Source: Octopus vulgaris (Eukaryota). From it: DNA of 64,000 nt. Of this stretch, positions 40,641-54,925 are shown in pieces (position 1 is the stretch's first letter; each line of letters begins with the position of its first letter). Position numbers and translations under genes: made by a program. The notes beneath the pieces were generated by a model, which worked only from the letters and a program-made list of their open reading frames with translations, was not told where the DNA came from and did no database searches. Where the stretch lies: positions 52,514,001-52,578,000 of the forward strand of contig OX597825.1 of NCBI GenBank assembly GCA_951406725.2. Reading direction: 5' to 3'.

Positions 40641-41428
40641 GGCTCCCTTGCTTGCTCACAGTTGAGAAGGGGTTCATTGCTGGGGTACCCAGTTGATTTG
40701 TAAATCTCCAGTAATGACATGTTGATACAAAAATTAAATGATGTTACAACAGCCAATGTACATGTGCTGCCACCTTGTTGTATACAGTTGCACTAGAGCC
40801 AACAAGAGGATTAATTATCAATATGAACCACTCATTTAAGCTAATAATGCTATGATGGAGAGAGAGAGAGAGAGAAGTGGATGATCATCATTCACTATTG
40901 TAGTGATGATGTAATGGTGTGTGTGTGTTATTGTTGCAGCTGGTTGTGCATACAGGGCTGAGATTTAATCCTCCTCTGGAGAAAGGAACCACAGAGACAC
41001 AAAAATGTGTCACACCAGTCTCAACAATAAAGAGAAGAGAAATAAATGAATTATGGAAACAAGAACAACAACAGGCTAAATTCTGGGGAAACGGTAAAGA
41101 ATTGTATTTGTTTTCTGTGTTCCAAGATTGCATTTCTTTGCAGTATAAAAGCACCAATATCTGACACTAATATTGAAGATTATTTGAATTGCAGAGTTAA
41201 TGCTTGGGTTCTGGAAATATGTGTGATTGCTATAAATATAATATTGCAATAAATTTGTGTCATGTATTTTGGGAAGTCACATGTTCATGTGCATATGAGC
41301 ACACACACGCGCGTTTGTGGATATATGCATGTATGTTAGTATGTATATATGTATGTATATGTATATATGTATGTATATATATGTGTGTGTGTATATATAT
41401 ATGTGCATAAATATGTATGTGTATATAT

Positions 41429-41472
41429 ATGTATATATGTATATATACACATACATGCATATTATATATATA

Positions 41473-41529
<57 letters not shown>

Positions 41530-41585
41530 GTATATATAATATGCATGTATGTGTATATATACATATATACATGTCTGCATATATA

Positions 41586-41629
<44 letters not shown>

Positions 41630-41643
41630 TATATATGCAGACA
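41429..41643. repeat. Two adjacent palindromes centred on (TA)n
   Basis: 41429-41470 is the exact reverse complement of 41531-41572; 41572-41643 is a perfect 72-bp palindrome. Confidence 0.85.
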
Positions 41644-42194
41644 CTTCATGTAGAGAGGTACTTCAAATTAAATAGTTGGTGACCATTAAAATTAATTTGC
41701 TATTTTATCTCGAACAGATTTTCAAAGTTTAATAATATTCAAACCATAAATATAATATAAAGGAAAATTGTGAAGAAAGAACAACAAAAACCACTCCCCA
41801 CCTCCTTTGCCAGAAAAAAAAAGCATACATGCAAAATATTTTTGATAATTTTATGTCAAGAACAAATTTCCAATCCCCAAAAGACTATGGTAATATCTAA
41901 TTCGTCTTTCTCTAGAATTATATCATGCTCGATGTACACGCTTGTTAAAATGTGTATTTCGAACAATGCAGTTGACATTTTCCATCCGAAAGATTGCATT
42001 AAATCTAGAAATCTTACAATAGCAATAAAAATATTTAGAAAATAAAAATCAATGTTTAAAAAGTATAATTCTGTTGTAGATTACTCTCAGGAACAGAACG
42101 AATCGATAGATTTTTAAGATTTTATAGGATTTTACTGTTTTCCAGTTTGTTTCATCATTTTATTAATTTTACTTTATTTTTATTAGGGAAGATT

Positions 42195-42231
42195 TATTAT
42201 TGTTATTGTTATTTTTATTATTATTATTATT

Positions 42232-42264
<33 letters not shown>

Positions 42265-42405
42265 GTATTATTGTTGTTATGATTGTCATTATTATTGTTA
42301 TTCTTATTCTTACTATGATTGTCTTTTATTATTGTTATTCTTATTCTTACTATGATTGTCATTATTACTGTTATCATTATTGTTTTCATTATTATTATTT
42401 TTATT
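42195..42405. repeat. Compound (TAT)/(CAT)/(TGT) trinucleotide microsatellite
   Basis: Seen directly; source of poly-Y/H/M ORFs. Confidence 0.9.
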
Positions 42406-42937
42406 AATTTTGTTGTTTATGTCTTTCTTTCCACAAGGTTATTTGGAAAAGTTTGCTTTTATTTATGATTTCTGAAACAAAGAAGTAGAGATCTTATAGC
42501 TTCTATTTACCTCTTATTTTTCCTTATTTTCTTTCTACTCCCTCCTACATCCCTGTGCATGTGTGTGTGTGTTTGTGTATGTTTTGTTCTTGTTTGTATG
42601 TTTATTTTAGTGCTCTGAACTCTACAACAAGCAGTCGTCCATCAATGAATTATGAACGCAATTATACTGCACTGAGAAAATGCAATCTGCAACGAAGGAA
42701 CATAGAATGCATGCATGCTAGATTACCTTTTTGCCACCCTACACTCTCACCATAACCCACATGTCCCCTTTCCCTCCTCCTCCCCTCCCCCCCTCCTACC
42801 ACCACATTCCTCCTATTCTATTCTCCCCATCTTTATCTCTACAATTCTCCCCTCTTTCTGTTCCTCTGCATAGTTCCAGTTTACTTGTTGCAAAAACAAG
42901 TCCAAGGAAATTCTAATTGAAAATCTGATATGCCTCC

Positions 42938-42999
<62 letters not shown>

Positions 43000-45142
43000 C
43001 TCTCCCCCCTTTTAAGGTGGAGTAAATGTGAGATGGTTAATGTAGTGGATTTGTCATGTATAGTTCAGCAGATCAAGCCGTCATTGCCACAAGCATCAGT
43101 GCACCATTGTGGAACTCCCTTATTTATGCATCTTTTCTTAATCAACTTGCCTTATTTTCCTGAGTTCCAGCCTACAACAACAACCAAAAAGAAATCCCTG
43201 TAAAAAACAAGAGGAAGAGAAAAGAAAGAAAAATCACCAAGCGCTGAAAGCTAAACTAGTAAAATAGCTACAATAGCTACTGATTTCCCATTATACGGTT
43301 GAGTGGTTATTGCTAGGAAACACAACGAACTGTAAAAACACCTGGCTTAACAATTCATGCAAATATTTAAGTGTGCAGAACCATCCTAGCAAGGAACAAT
43401 GGAAAGAAAAATAGAAAATTTAACATAAAAAGACAAAAGTGAAATAAATTCTAAAAAAAATATATAATATAAATTTAGAGGTAAAAAAAGAAAACTTGAT
43501 TTTGAATTTGCATGAAAGAGACATTAAAATTTAACCTCTTCAATTTAGATTGAAAATACTTTTGAGACTTTTCCAGGTCGTCTAATCAACGTTGATAAAA
43601 CTAAAAAGGGATTATCTTGGCAGATCTTTCCAGATCCATCTCCATGCCATCAGTAACTCATTAGGAGTAGTGTGAACATGTTTATCAAAGCAGCTTTGCT
43701 TCCAACTTCAAACTATTCAACTTACCTGTCTTTAGTACATTTCATATTACATTGTTTGCCTTTACAGCACATCAAATTACCTGTCATTAATCCCTTAACA
43801 CCCTAGGTTCCCTGTCTGTCTATCTCTACTATCCATATTATCTGTTTTTCTACCTATTCCACATGCCACATAACCTCCTTTTTAATGCTTTACACACACC
43901 ACTTTTTTTTTATCTTTCTATCTCTTCTATAGACCATATTAAATATCTTCGTACCCCTCTGTACCAAGTTTCCAGTTTTTCAGCCTCCAAAGATAGAATA
44001 AAAATTACTTGCACTAAAGACCACCACGCTAACTAATAATTGTCAATCTTTTCTACAGGGGTACACTGATACTTATGAATTAGAAACCCCATGAATCAAA
44101 GTTTATTACTCACACTCCTTTTATATTGAAGGGAATGTGGTGACAGTGACATAGATCTGTTAGAAACTGCAGATCTGAATCCTCTTGACCACACTACTAC
44201 AATTATTAGCCTCTTCACAAACTCTGCATTTGTATGAGATACAGGCCATAAATTGTCGATAATGTCTCTCTTGTTGGCAGCCTTCCTCAGCAGTGCTACC
44301 TAACAAAGCTAGAAAAATGCTTTTACTTGGTTGCCAGTTGTAGCAGATGTCTGCTCAGAGAATGGTGAACCAATCTGGCATGTATCCATAAATCTGTTTG
44401 AATAAAACATCCAAAGCAGATGGTTTGCTCCTTTCACAACCACCTGTTTCTGACTATGTCTGAATTAGTTTTAGGTTTTTCACAACAATCCACCCTTTCT
44501 GCCAGAAGCTGTAACAGACTTTTGACATAGGCTCTGAATGTCATCACTATATGGTTCATCCTGAGCTGGTGGTCATATTATTGCTAGAAAATTACACACA
44601 CACACTAGCCCAGAATTAAGTAGCTTCCTCTAAGTCCTAGTTGTAATTTTGTTATGATGTACATCTGCCACCTGAATCCATCAAACATCTTTTCCTGTGC
44701 TTGTGTCTAAGACTGAGAAATGTGGTTCTCCACTACCTTTCTTTCTTCTACACTTCTCCAACTCTTCAGAATAAAGAGCTCACAAGTGACTCTTGTGACC
44801 ATAGGTATAACACCTTGGTTTTCAGCTTCGTATCATCAGTGTTGTGCTCTTTGTGTCAACTTGGCAAAACTTTTTGGAGCTCAGTGGTTTTCAAGAGTCA
44901 TAAGGACTTGCAAATCCATGGTGATCCTTCCTAGTTTCCTGCATACATATTACCCATTCGTCTTTCTCTATGAAAGTAACAATCCAAAATTTAAAGAGTG
45001 TTTTTGACTGTTGTTCCTGTAAAGCTTATGAGCAAGTAGTTTTGCATGAGATCTTTGACTGTTCAGCATCTCAGCCTCGGTATTGAAAGACAGGCAGATG
45101 GTCAATGGAATTCATCCATCTCTATGCATAAAATGCTTACTC

Positions 45143-45515
45143 ATAGGCATGGCTGTGTGGTAAGAAGCTTGCTTTTCAACCACATGGTTCCAGGTTCAGT
45201 CCCAATGTGGCACCTTGGGCAAGTGTCTTCTATTATAGAGTCAGGCCGACCAAAGCCTTGTGAGTGGATTTGGTTGACAGAAACTGGAAGAAGCCTGTCG
45301 TATATATGTGTGTACGTGTCTTTCTGTCATCCCCCCCATCATCACTTGACAACCGATGTTGGTGTGTTTACATCCCTGTAACTTCGAAGTTCAGCCAAAG
45401 GGACTGATAGAATAAGTACTAGGCTTAAAAAGAATAGGTCACTTGCTTTTACTAAAACCCTTTAAGGTGGTGCTCCAGCATGGTCACAGTCAAACTGACT
45501 GAAAGAATAAAAGAA
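45143..45515 (+). mobile_element. Full-length SINE family B
   Basis: ggcatggctgtgtggtaagaagc...ggttcagtccc (Pol III A/B-box-like) through gactgaaagaataaaagaata. Confidence 0.88.
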
Positions 45516-46114
45516 TACACAAGCCAGAGCCTCACTTTCTTTTAGTCCTTCGAAGGTACAGTAAAAGTCCATCTTTGCTTAGAAAAACAAAAGTCGGCAA
45601 TTTGAGCAAAATTTTCATCTCCATCTGTGCATTTCTCATCCAATGATTCTGCATGTGTGCAAATCAACATAGTTGTTGTTGTCACCAAGTAAGTCTTCAA
45701 GGACACTCTTATTGGCAACATGAGCAAAATTAAAGCTTGTAGATAATAAGTATATGTGCCTGTGTGCATTGCTGTGAATACTTTTGTTTGTATAATGCTA
45801 AAGTATCTCCTTATACTTTCGAGTGTATCTGTTGTTTCCGTTTTCTTTTTGTCTCTTCCAAATTACTGTATAACTATTTTTAACACTCACTTTCATGTAG
45901 TCAAAGTTTTGTCTCCAGAGCTGCTGTCTTTCTTGCTGAGATCTTTCACTAGTTCTCTCAGATTAAGATGACATGCTGACTTTCTGAAGTCCTCTCTTAG
46001 TAAGGTGTTTTAAAGAGAAAAATTTTCCATCCAGTAAAATCTTGATAATAATCCAATTTCACCTGCACTTGCATGAGAGATATATATACAGACATCAGAA
46101 CAATAATGTAATAT

Positions 46115-46497
46115 TTTATCTTTTACTTGTTTCAGTCGTTTGATCATGGCCATGCTGGGGCACTGCCTTCAAGAAATTTTAGTTAAATGAATTGATCCCA
46201 GTACTTACTTTTAGTTAAACCTGGTACTCATTCTATCCGTCTTTTTTTGCCAAACTGCTAAGTTATGAGGATGCAAACACACCAACACTGGTTGTCAAGC
46301 AGTGATGGGGCACAAGGAGAGACACACACATACACACACCTTCTTTCAGTTTCTGTCTACCAAATCCATTCACAAGACTTTGGTCAGCTTGAGGCTTTAG
46401 TGATGACACTTGCCCAAAGTGCCATGCAGTGGGACTGAACCTGGAACCATGTTCTTGGGAAGCAAGCTTTTTACCACACAACCACACCAGCACCTAT
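46115..46497 (-). mobile_element. Full-length SINE family B
   Basis: Reverse complement of 45143-45515. Confidence 0.85.
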
Positions 46498-46803
46498 ATG
46501 TATATGTTCCATTGTGTCTCAGGTGGGTTATTATGCCAATAATAACTATATTGTGCTGATGCTATTTCACTTCTTTTATTATTAATGAACTAATAAACCA
46601 TTTAACCAGTCAACTAATCAAATGCCTGATTAGTAATTTGATCAATCAATCAGTCAGATAGGTTTGTCAAAGTCCTGAAATTTTGTCTAAGTCTAAAATA
46701 ATGACTCCAAGTCTACTGCAGGCATCTATCTGTCTGTCTGACTATCTCCTTGTTTACAGGTTTTGTATATGAATGGAACTGAGAATGTGTGTGTATGTGT
46801 GTA

Positions 46804-46834
<31 letters not shown>

Positions 46835-46874
46835 GGGGGGGGATAATGCTCATGTTTCTGCTGGTGTAAGCACA

Positions 46875-47740
46875 AATGTGCAACTATGTGGCATGATAAT
46901 AGATGTTGCAATATCAGACAATTCGAGGGTGAAATGTAAGGAGACAGAAAAGAGTGAGAAATACCAGCCACTACAGGAAAAGATAGGAAATTTATGGGGC
47001 ATGAGGAAAATAATGATGATACCTGTGGTAAATGGAGCATTAGGAGTAGTTTTCAAGGGTTTTGAAAAACAAAGAATATTGGAGCTACTGTCAGGCTCGA
47101 GGTGGTCCAGAACATAGCATTGTTGGGTACAGCTCACATTCTAAAGAGAGTATTGTATCGTTGAGTCACAGGGGAAGGCACTGCTTGAAACCTTTGGCAA
47201 TTTGGTATTGTCTCCTTTCAAACTACCACAAATCTGAAGGCATCATCGAAAATGATAATGCAAAGATCTTGTGGGAGTTTATGATTCAGTGCAACCATGA
47301 GATAGAAAATAATAAGCCAGACAAATTGTTATTTGTCAAAGAAAGCAAACTATGCTGGATCATAGATATAGCATCCCCAGTTGACAACAAGGTATGCAAT
47401 AAGGAAGAAAGAAAAGTTGACAGATGTGACAGGTTCGCTTGGGAGGTTAAGCAGTTGTGGTCAATGAAAATGGTGGTAATAGTAACAATGATTGTTGGAG
47501 CCCTGGGAACAGTGAGTAAAAATCTTGAGAAATACATGGAACAAATAGGGGCTGCAATAAGGGTGGAGCACTTGCAGAAAACAGCACTGCTTGGAAAACA
47601 GCACTGCTCCAGAAGGTGCTCGAAAAATAAGAGGTGTTACCTTAGTTCACTGGTAGTGAACAGCTGATATCATAGTACATCTCCAGTGTTAGAATCAGTG
47701 CAAAGGCAATAATAATAATAATAGCAATAACAACAATAAT
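46875..47740 (+). mobile_element. Two tandem Dong/R4 LINE 3' ends (restriction-like endonuclease) with TAA tail
   Basis: First copy IIDVAISDNSRVKCKETEKSEKY...GALG; second copy ILWEFMIQCNHEIENNKPD...IIDIA...EHLQKTALLG (PD..D..K); (TAA)n at 47708-47740. Confidence 0.88.
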
Positions 47741-47942
47741 TTTGGCACAAGACTAGCAGGTTTGGGGTAGTGGTGTGCTAGTCGATTACATCATTCCCAG
47801 TGCTCAACTGGTACCTACATTATTGATCCCTAAAAGAATGAAAGGCAAAGTCAACCTCAGTGGAATTTGAACTCAGAATGTAAAAATGGATGAAATACCA
47901 CTATGCATTTTATTCAGCATGCTAATGATCTGCCAGTTTGCC
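47740..47942 (-). mobile_element. SINE family A
   Basis: gaatgaaaggcaaagtcaacctcagtggaatttgaactcagaa is the reverse complement of the family A body. Confidence 0.8.
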
Positions 47943-48703
47943 AATACCTTGACGCAATACCAGGCAGTGGCTCTAATGGCTTCTTATCTCGAGTGATTTG
48001 AAGTGATAGCATGTATGTGTTTCGTCTTGGTGTAAAAGATGGGCTACAGAAAATATTCTGCTCAATACCATAGGTTTGCCTGTCAGTTGCTTGACCTTAA
48101 CCTGTTAAGAATGTCACTTATGTGCATCTTTGATCATGAGCCAAAGAAGTGGGGGAGCATCATAGCTATGCATTCTGAGGGGTTCTTTAGGGCTTGAATA
48201 AATTCATTCCTAGAAACATGGGTGTTTTCTTCATCATCCTTAAACAACTCTTATTCAGTGACCTTTTCAGTGGGATGGGCTACTCAACCTGAAGAAAATT
48301 CTGACTAAGACCTACCTGCAAGATTATGCACTCATGATCTTGATATGATATTACCATATTGCACACATATGGTTGTGATACATGTACCTAGATTACCCTT
48401 TTTGCATGGGTAGTCATGCTGGGTATAGTGGGCTTTGTATATTTGTACCCCAACATTGCTTTGATGGTGTGTGCTGATTTCTCACTCAGTAATAACATCA
48501 ACAACAATAATAATCCTTTCTACTAAAGGCACAAGGCCTGAAATTTCATCAACCATGAAAGGATGAAAGGCAAAGTAAACCTTGGTGAAATTTGGACTCG
48601 GAACATGAAGGAAGATGAAATGTCACTAAGCATTTCACCCAGCCTGCTAACAATTTTGCCTGCGTGCAACCTTACCAATAATAATAATAGTAATAATAAT
48701 AAG

Positions 48704-49005
48704 TGGCTTACAAAAGAGATTACATATCTCTTACCCAAAACAAAAGAAACTACTAACCCCACAAAAATACCAACCCATAACATGCCACACCACCATATTC
48801 TTTTCTTTTATTTGTTTTAGTCATTTGACTGTGGCCATGATGGAGAACTGCCTTTAGTTGAGCAAATCGACCCCAGAACTTTTTCTTTGTAAGCCTGATA
48901 TTTATTCTATCAGTCTCTTTTGCTGAAATCCTAGGTTACAGGGATGTAAACACACCAGCATCGGTTATCAAGCAATGTTGGGAAGACAAAGACAGAGACA
49001 CAAGC

Positions 49006-49036
<31 letters not shown>

Positions 49037-51411
49037 GCTTCTTTCAGTTTCCAGCTACCGAATCCACTCACAACCCGAAGCTATAGTAGAAGGCACTTGC
49101 CCAAGGTGCCATGCAGTGGGACTGTACTCAGAACAATATGGTTGGTAAGCAAGCTTCTTACCACACAGCCATTTTTATAATAGCGAATAGAGCATATGAA
49201 TTCTTGGACAATAGGAAGTTATTCCCAGTGGAACAAAATGGATGTAAAAGGAGTGCATATGGAAGTAAGGACCAATTACTGATTGATGAAATGGTCATTG
49301 AAAGTTGCAATTCCAAACACAGAAAACTTAGAACCACTTAGATTACAAGAAAACTTTTGACAGTTTCCCTCGTGCACGGATCATCAAGGCCCTGGAAATT
49401 TACAAGACAGCTCAAATAATTGTGAACTTTCTATAAGTAATCAGGAATTCTTGGAGAACTAGCTTCATTTTAAACCATACATAAGTATCAGTATCGTCTG
49501 TGGTATCATTTCAAGGTTACTCATTATCACCATTACTATTCTGCCTCACCCTGTTCCCATTATCCACACAACTGAATAATGCTAAGAGAAAGTTTCAGAT
49601 CTTTGACCAGAAAATTAGTCATCTATTCTCTATGGATGATCTAAAATTGTTTGTCAAAAAGGACAAAGAATTAGAAGAGCTCCTAAATACTATCAAAGAA
49701 TTCAGCTCCAATATAGGTATGGAGTTTGGACTTGATAAATGTGCAAAGGTTACTTTCAAAGCAGGAAAGTTCATAAAGGCAGAAAACATAGAACTTGATA
49801 CTACCAGTTATTCGAAAACTAGGCCAATCCGAAGTATAAAAATATCTGGAAACCAATGAAAGTTGATAGTATCCAGAACTCTAAAATGAAAGAGAAATTC
49901 CACAAGGAAAGGGTAAGAATGGTCCTAAACTCAGAATTAAATTCTGCTAACAGAATTAATGCGATCAATTCTTTGGCCATACCAGCAACCACTTATATCT
50001 TCAGTATCATAAAGTGGAGTTTCACTGACATGCAGAATATGGATGGAAAGATTCTTAAAATCCTTACAAGGCACCAAATGCACCATCCAAAATCAGATAT
50101 AGATAAGATTTATCTCACAAGAAAAAGAGGAGGAAGAGGCCTGATACAGCTCAAACAAGCCTTCAAATCAGCAATAATAGTCCTTGAAATATGCCATAAT
50201 ACAGCAAGTGATGTGCTCTCATAAACTACACTGAAGCATGAAGATTCCAAGCAAGCTTCAATCATGAAGCTTAGCAAGAAATTTAAAAATTCTCTTGGCC
50301 TACAAGTTAACAATAAGAATGACCAAAGACACCCAAATACTGACAGACCTACTATTGCTTCTCCTGATTTAGAAACTAACAATTAGAAAGACCAGTGAGA
50401 TCCAAATAGTGATAAACCTATTACTGATGCAAAAAACATCAAACAAAAAGCAAAGAAGGCTTGCATGAGTAATATTGAAGACAACTGGTAAGGTAAACTC
50501 CTGCATGGAAAATACCCCAACTGCCTGTCCAAGCCAGATATTGATCAACATCTAATGCACCAATGGCTACAAAGGACAAGTCTAAAAGAGGAAACCGAAA
50601 CGTTTTGTTATTGCAGTGCAAGATCAGAGCTTACCTACCAGAAACTGCCATGCAAACGTCCTCAAAGTTGAATCTCAAAGTTGAATCTCACTCCTCATGC
50701 AGAATTTGCAGAGACAATTGATCATGTTGTTTCTGGCTGCCCAGTCCTTGCTGAAAAGGAGTTCCTCATAAGACATGACAGACTGGGGCAGTACATCCAC
50801 TGGAATGCTTGAAAATACTACAAAATTAAATCCCGTGATAAGTGGTGCAGGTATCATCCAGTGGATGTAGTAAAAGGCAAGGGCATCACCATCCTTTGGA
50901 ACTTCCCAATACAAACAGACAGACAAATTGGCTCCTATCAACTAATCATTGTGATCAAGGACTACAACAGAGGAACTTGTATGTTAATAGATATGTCTGT
51001 CCCACAAGATCAAAATATCTCAAGAAAAGAATATGAAAGCTTTCTCACCAGAAAGATCTGCAAATTGAAATCATAAAAATGTGTAAGCTTAGTACTACGA
51101 TAATAACAGTAGTAACTGGTGTGGTGAGAATGATAAAGAAGGGAGCTTAGAAGTATATTAAGCAACTCCCTGGTAACTCCAATCTTTGTGAACTACAAAA
51201 GATAACCTTTATGGGTACGGCCCATATACTATGGAAAGGAATCTCCATCTAAAATGGAATAAATGTGGTGATAATTTTAGCATGCATAGCAAAAAAAAAA
51301 AGTGCACTTGCTACTCTTGGCCTCCAGTGGATGCCAGGTACTAAGGCAGCTGAAATAAAGTTCTAATGAAAGGAAACCATAAATGATAATAATAATGATA
51401 ATAATAATATA

Positions 51412-51510
<99 letters not shown>

Positions 51511-51521
51511 TTAATAATAAT
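48704..51521 (+). mobile_element. 5'-truncated Dong/R4-clade LINE (RT, CCHC, RLE), pseudogenised, flanked by (TAA)n on both sides
   Basis: WLTKEITYLLPK, EQNGCKRSAYGSKDQLLID, FQGYSLSPLLFCL, HLFSMDDLKLF, GMEFGLDKCA, RGGRGL, CRICRETIDHVVSGC, LWNFPIQTDR, LIDMSVP; TAA arrays at 48677-48702 and 51385-51521. Confidence 0.93.
48798..49172 (-). mobile_element. SINE family B nested in the Dong/R4 RT region
   Basis: Family B sequence interrupts ITCHTT / IIANRAYEF. Confidence 0.85.
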
Positions 51522-52255
51522 TCTTTCTACTATAAACACAGGGCCTGGAATTTTGGTAGCTGGTGGTAAATTATATCAACCTCAGTGCTCAGTGGCTACT
51601 TATTTTATCAACTTTGAAAGAAAGGAAGGTAAAATTGCCTTTAGTGGAATTTGAACTTGGAACATAAGACAGTCGAAATGTTCCTAAGCATTTTGCCTGG
51701 CATGTTTCTGAGTTAAGGTACTAGGCCAGTGATATTTATGGGAGTTATTTGATTCTCATGACTAGTATCTCTCTTTCTCACTAAAAGTTACAAAAATCCT
51801 TTCTTCTATAAGCACAAGAGCTGAAATTTGTTTGGGGTTGGTGTGTATGAGGTGGGGAAGTTACTAATTTGTCTTGAACTCAGTACTTGATTTCTACTTA
51901 TTTCATTGACCCAAGAGATGAAAGTTGACCTCAGCAGTGCTTCAGCTCAGAATGTAAAACCAGAAGACACATCACTTCATATTTTGTTCAGCATGCTAGC
52001 AGTTCTGCCTGCCAGCTTGCTGCTTTAATGCCAATTCTATCTCTTCTACAATAGGTACAAGGCCTGAGATTTGGTCGGAGGGGGCTAGTTAATTACATTG
52101 ACCCTAATGCTCAACTGGTGCTTATTGTGTCAACCCTGAAAGCATGCAAGGCAATGTTAACAGCAGTGGTGTTTGAACTCAGAATGAAGAGCTGGAAGAA
52201 AATGCTGTAAGGCATTTTGTCCAACATGCTAATGACTCTGCCAGCTCACCACCTT
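51522..52255 (-). mobile_element. Three family A SINEs in tandem
   Basis: Copies at ~51522-51705, 51800-52025 and 52040-52255 share ttct(a/t)c(t/a)ata...cacaag(g)cctga and gaactcagaatg-like blocks. Confidence 0.75.
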
Positions 52256-53688
52256 CATACATTGTAAGACAATTGAGGATATGACAGTGTGAAAGTAAAT
52301 CCTCTTACAAAAGGGAATTATACAGTAGACATTGATTTGAACAAACAGAAACAATGCAATGAGAATTCATCAGTCTTATTGAGTACAGAGAAACTCAGCT
52401 AGCATTGTGTCAAAAAAGATGCATCCTGTATACTCTATAAAGTAAATGGAAATTGGCAGTGACAGTATTGGTTTCAGAGTATGGTTTAGTTTTACCGAAA
52501 ACATAGCAACCTCTCTTGTGCTGGTGTTATTGTAAAATACATCCAGTAAGCTCAGAAAAGTGTTTGGTGTTAGGAAGAACATTTAGCAGTAGGAACCATG
52601 CCAAGCATGAAACATGCATCTGATGTGATTCTCCCATCTATCTAGGGCTTTAATTATCAAGAGCTTTAATTATGAACAAACTCTACCCTGGCAACAGTCT
52701 AGCCTATGCTACTATGGAAAGCAAATGTAAAATGATGGTGATGACTCTCCTGTTAGACCTACTACCAGCTAAACTGTCTGAATCATCAAAAGTTAACTGC
52801 CTAAACTTCGGACCCATTGCAGTTTTGATGCAATGGCCTTTCGTGTTTTGTACATTACACTATTAATTCAACCATATCATATGTGTGTGTGCATGTATGT
52901 GTGTGTATGTTGGTCCTTTAGTTCAATTAGACTAATATAGCCAGGCCATACAAGACAGCACCATCATGTGCTTGTTTACACACACACATACACACAAACA
53001 CACACGCACACAAATATACATATACAAACAGCTGTGTCTGTATACATATACTCAAACACGTGTATATTACATACATAAACACTAAAATTCTAACCTCACT
53101 GACTGGCAATATATTAAATTATCTGTAAATATAGCTTTATATTAGGTTCAATAATGGAGGAGTTGTGCTTTAATATTTCACATCAAAACTTCAGATTAAT
53201 TAACTTAAAACACTAAAAAGTCCTTAGTTGAGGTCAACTTGGTTCTGTTTCCCTTGTGACCTGCTGAAAACTAGTGAAGGTTTGAGATAATCTAATACAG
53301 AAAGAGCAATGGCTGTTCCCAACTTTCATTTAAGTCACATTTGTTCATATTACGATAATTTAATTTTTTAACATTTGGTGTCTGTAAAACTAGAGAGGAA
53401 ATTTGGCGCTTGAGTGAAGAATGAACAGTATATTTTATAAATGTTTGTTGTTATGTGGCATCAAGGTTTTATTTGATCTATAAGTTACATACATACAGCC
53501 ACACATACATGCATAATCACATACATAGTCACTGATGTGTTTCAGCAGATACACACACAACTATGTATTTATTCACAAGCACACCAATCTACCATACACA
53601 TGCACATTCTGTATATGTATATACACCCTGATTACACACACACATACATATATACATCCATCCATTCATTCTCCATCCATCCATCCAT

Positions 53689-53729
<41 letters not shown>

Positions 53730-54559
53730 GTAGGCTGTTCAAGAATTTGGACCTGGAGATCTCCATTTCCAGTGAGTTCGAGGGCCACCTCTCAGTGGTG
53801 TCGGGCATCAACGAAGAGCCCTCGACTACAACAAGACAGCCAAAGTTTTTTTTTTCCAAGGTCTGGGGTCTCCTGCCCCTAAGCCCTAGACCATCACCTA
53901 ATCACCCTTACCCGGCTTGTTGCTTAACAACAACAACAACACACAGTGGCAGTGGCCAAAGTTTATGCTGGGCTCATCTGGACAGACACATATAATTATG
54001 TTATTGTTACTGTTATTGTTTAACCTCTGATCAGTCCTGATTTTGAAGACTTTGAGTTGTGTTTTGAGGAAGATTTAATCACTATTGTTTGCAAACTAAG
54101 TGTCCTAGTAGTGACCCCCAATTTTCCACAGCCACATGTAACATGTACATGTTAAACCTGAACTAAATGTCTACCAAACTGTGAGGAACATTTTGAGTGC
54201 CAGTGCTTATCCTTGGATTGGTTTCATGCTGTTGTTTTAAACATCCTCATGGATAGGACATGTAACACTTCTATGTGACCTTATCACAGCTAGATAAGAT
54301 AAGGTAGAATATAGTGCACTGACAGACTTAAAATGATTGGGAAGAAAACTGAGAAAATATTTAATATTTCAAATGGGACAAAATACCTTGGCATTTGAAG
54401 AGGAAGATTTAAGAATATGTGGGATGAGGTGGCGAAATATTATCTTTGAATGTTAAGTCTCAAATGAGGCAATGAGAAGTGACAGAGACTTTTGGTAATT
54501 TCCTGTACTTGAGAAGACATATCAAGCTAAGTGAAATCATTGTCTTGGTGACACATGAA

Positions 54560-54925
54560 AGCCACTCATGCTGTGGATACTTAGAAAGCACTTGCATCAG
54601 TGACACATAGGAGGCACCTATTCTAGTGACATACAGAAAGTACTTGTGGTAGTGACACACAGAAGGCACCCACATTGGTGGCATGTAAGAGACACCCACA
54701 CTGGTGACATGTGAATGGCACCTGTACTAGTGACACACAAAAGGTACTCATGCCAGTGACATGTAAAAGACACCCAGTACACTCTATAGAGTGGTTGGCA
54801 TTAAGAAGAGCATCCAGCAGTAGAAACCCAGCCAAGACCAAATTGGAGCCCGCTGCAGCTCTCTAGCTTACCAATTTCCAGCATGGAAAACAGACACTAG
54901 ATGATAAGGATGATGATGATGATGA
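54560..54925 (+). mobile_element. SINE family C with internal ~26-30-bp tandem repeats and (GAT)n tail
   Basis: Repeated agtgacaca..aggcacc units, then gagtggttggcattaagaagagcatccagc...gatgatgat. Confidence 0.75.

Noticed and set aside
44810-44845. Minus-strand CTGATGA...GAAA as a hammerhead
   Set aside because: No stem II pairing and no valid UH triplet in register.
44150-46070. Possible LINE endonuclease relics on the minus strand
   Set aside because: Only vague peptide resemblance; cannot be supported without a profile search.
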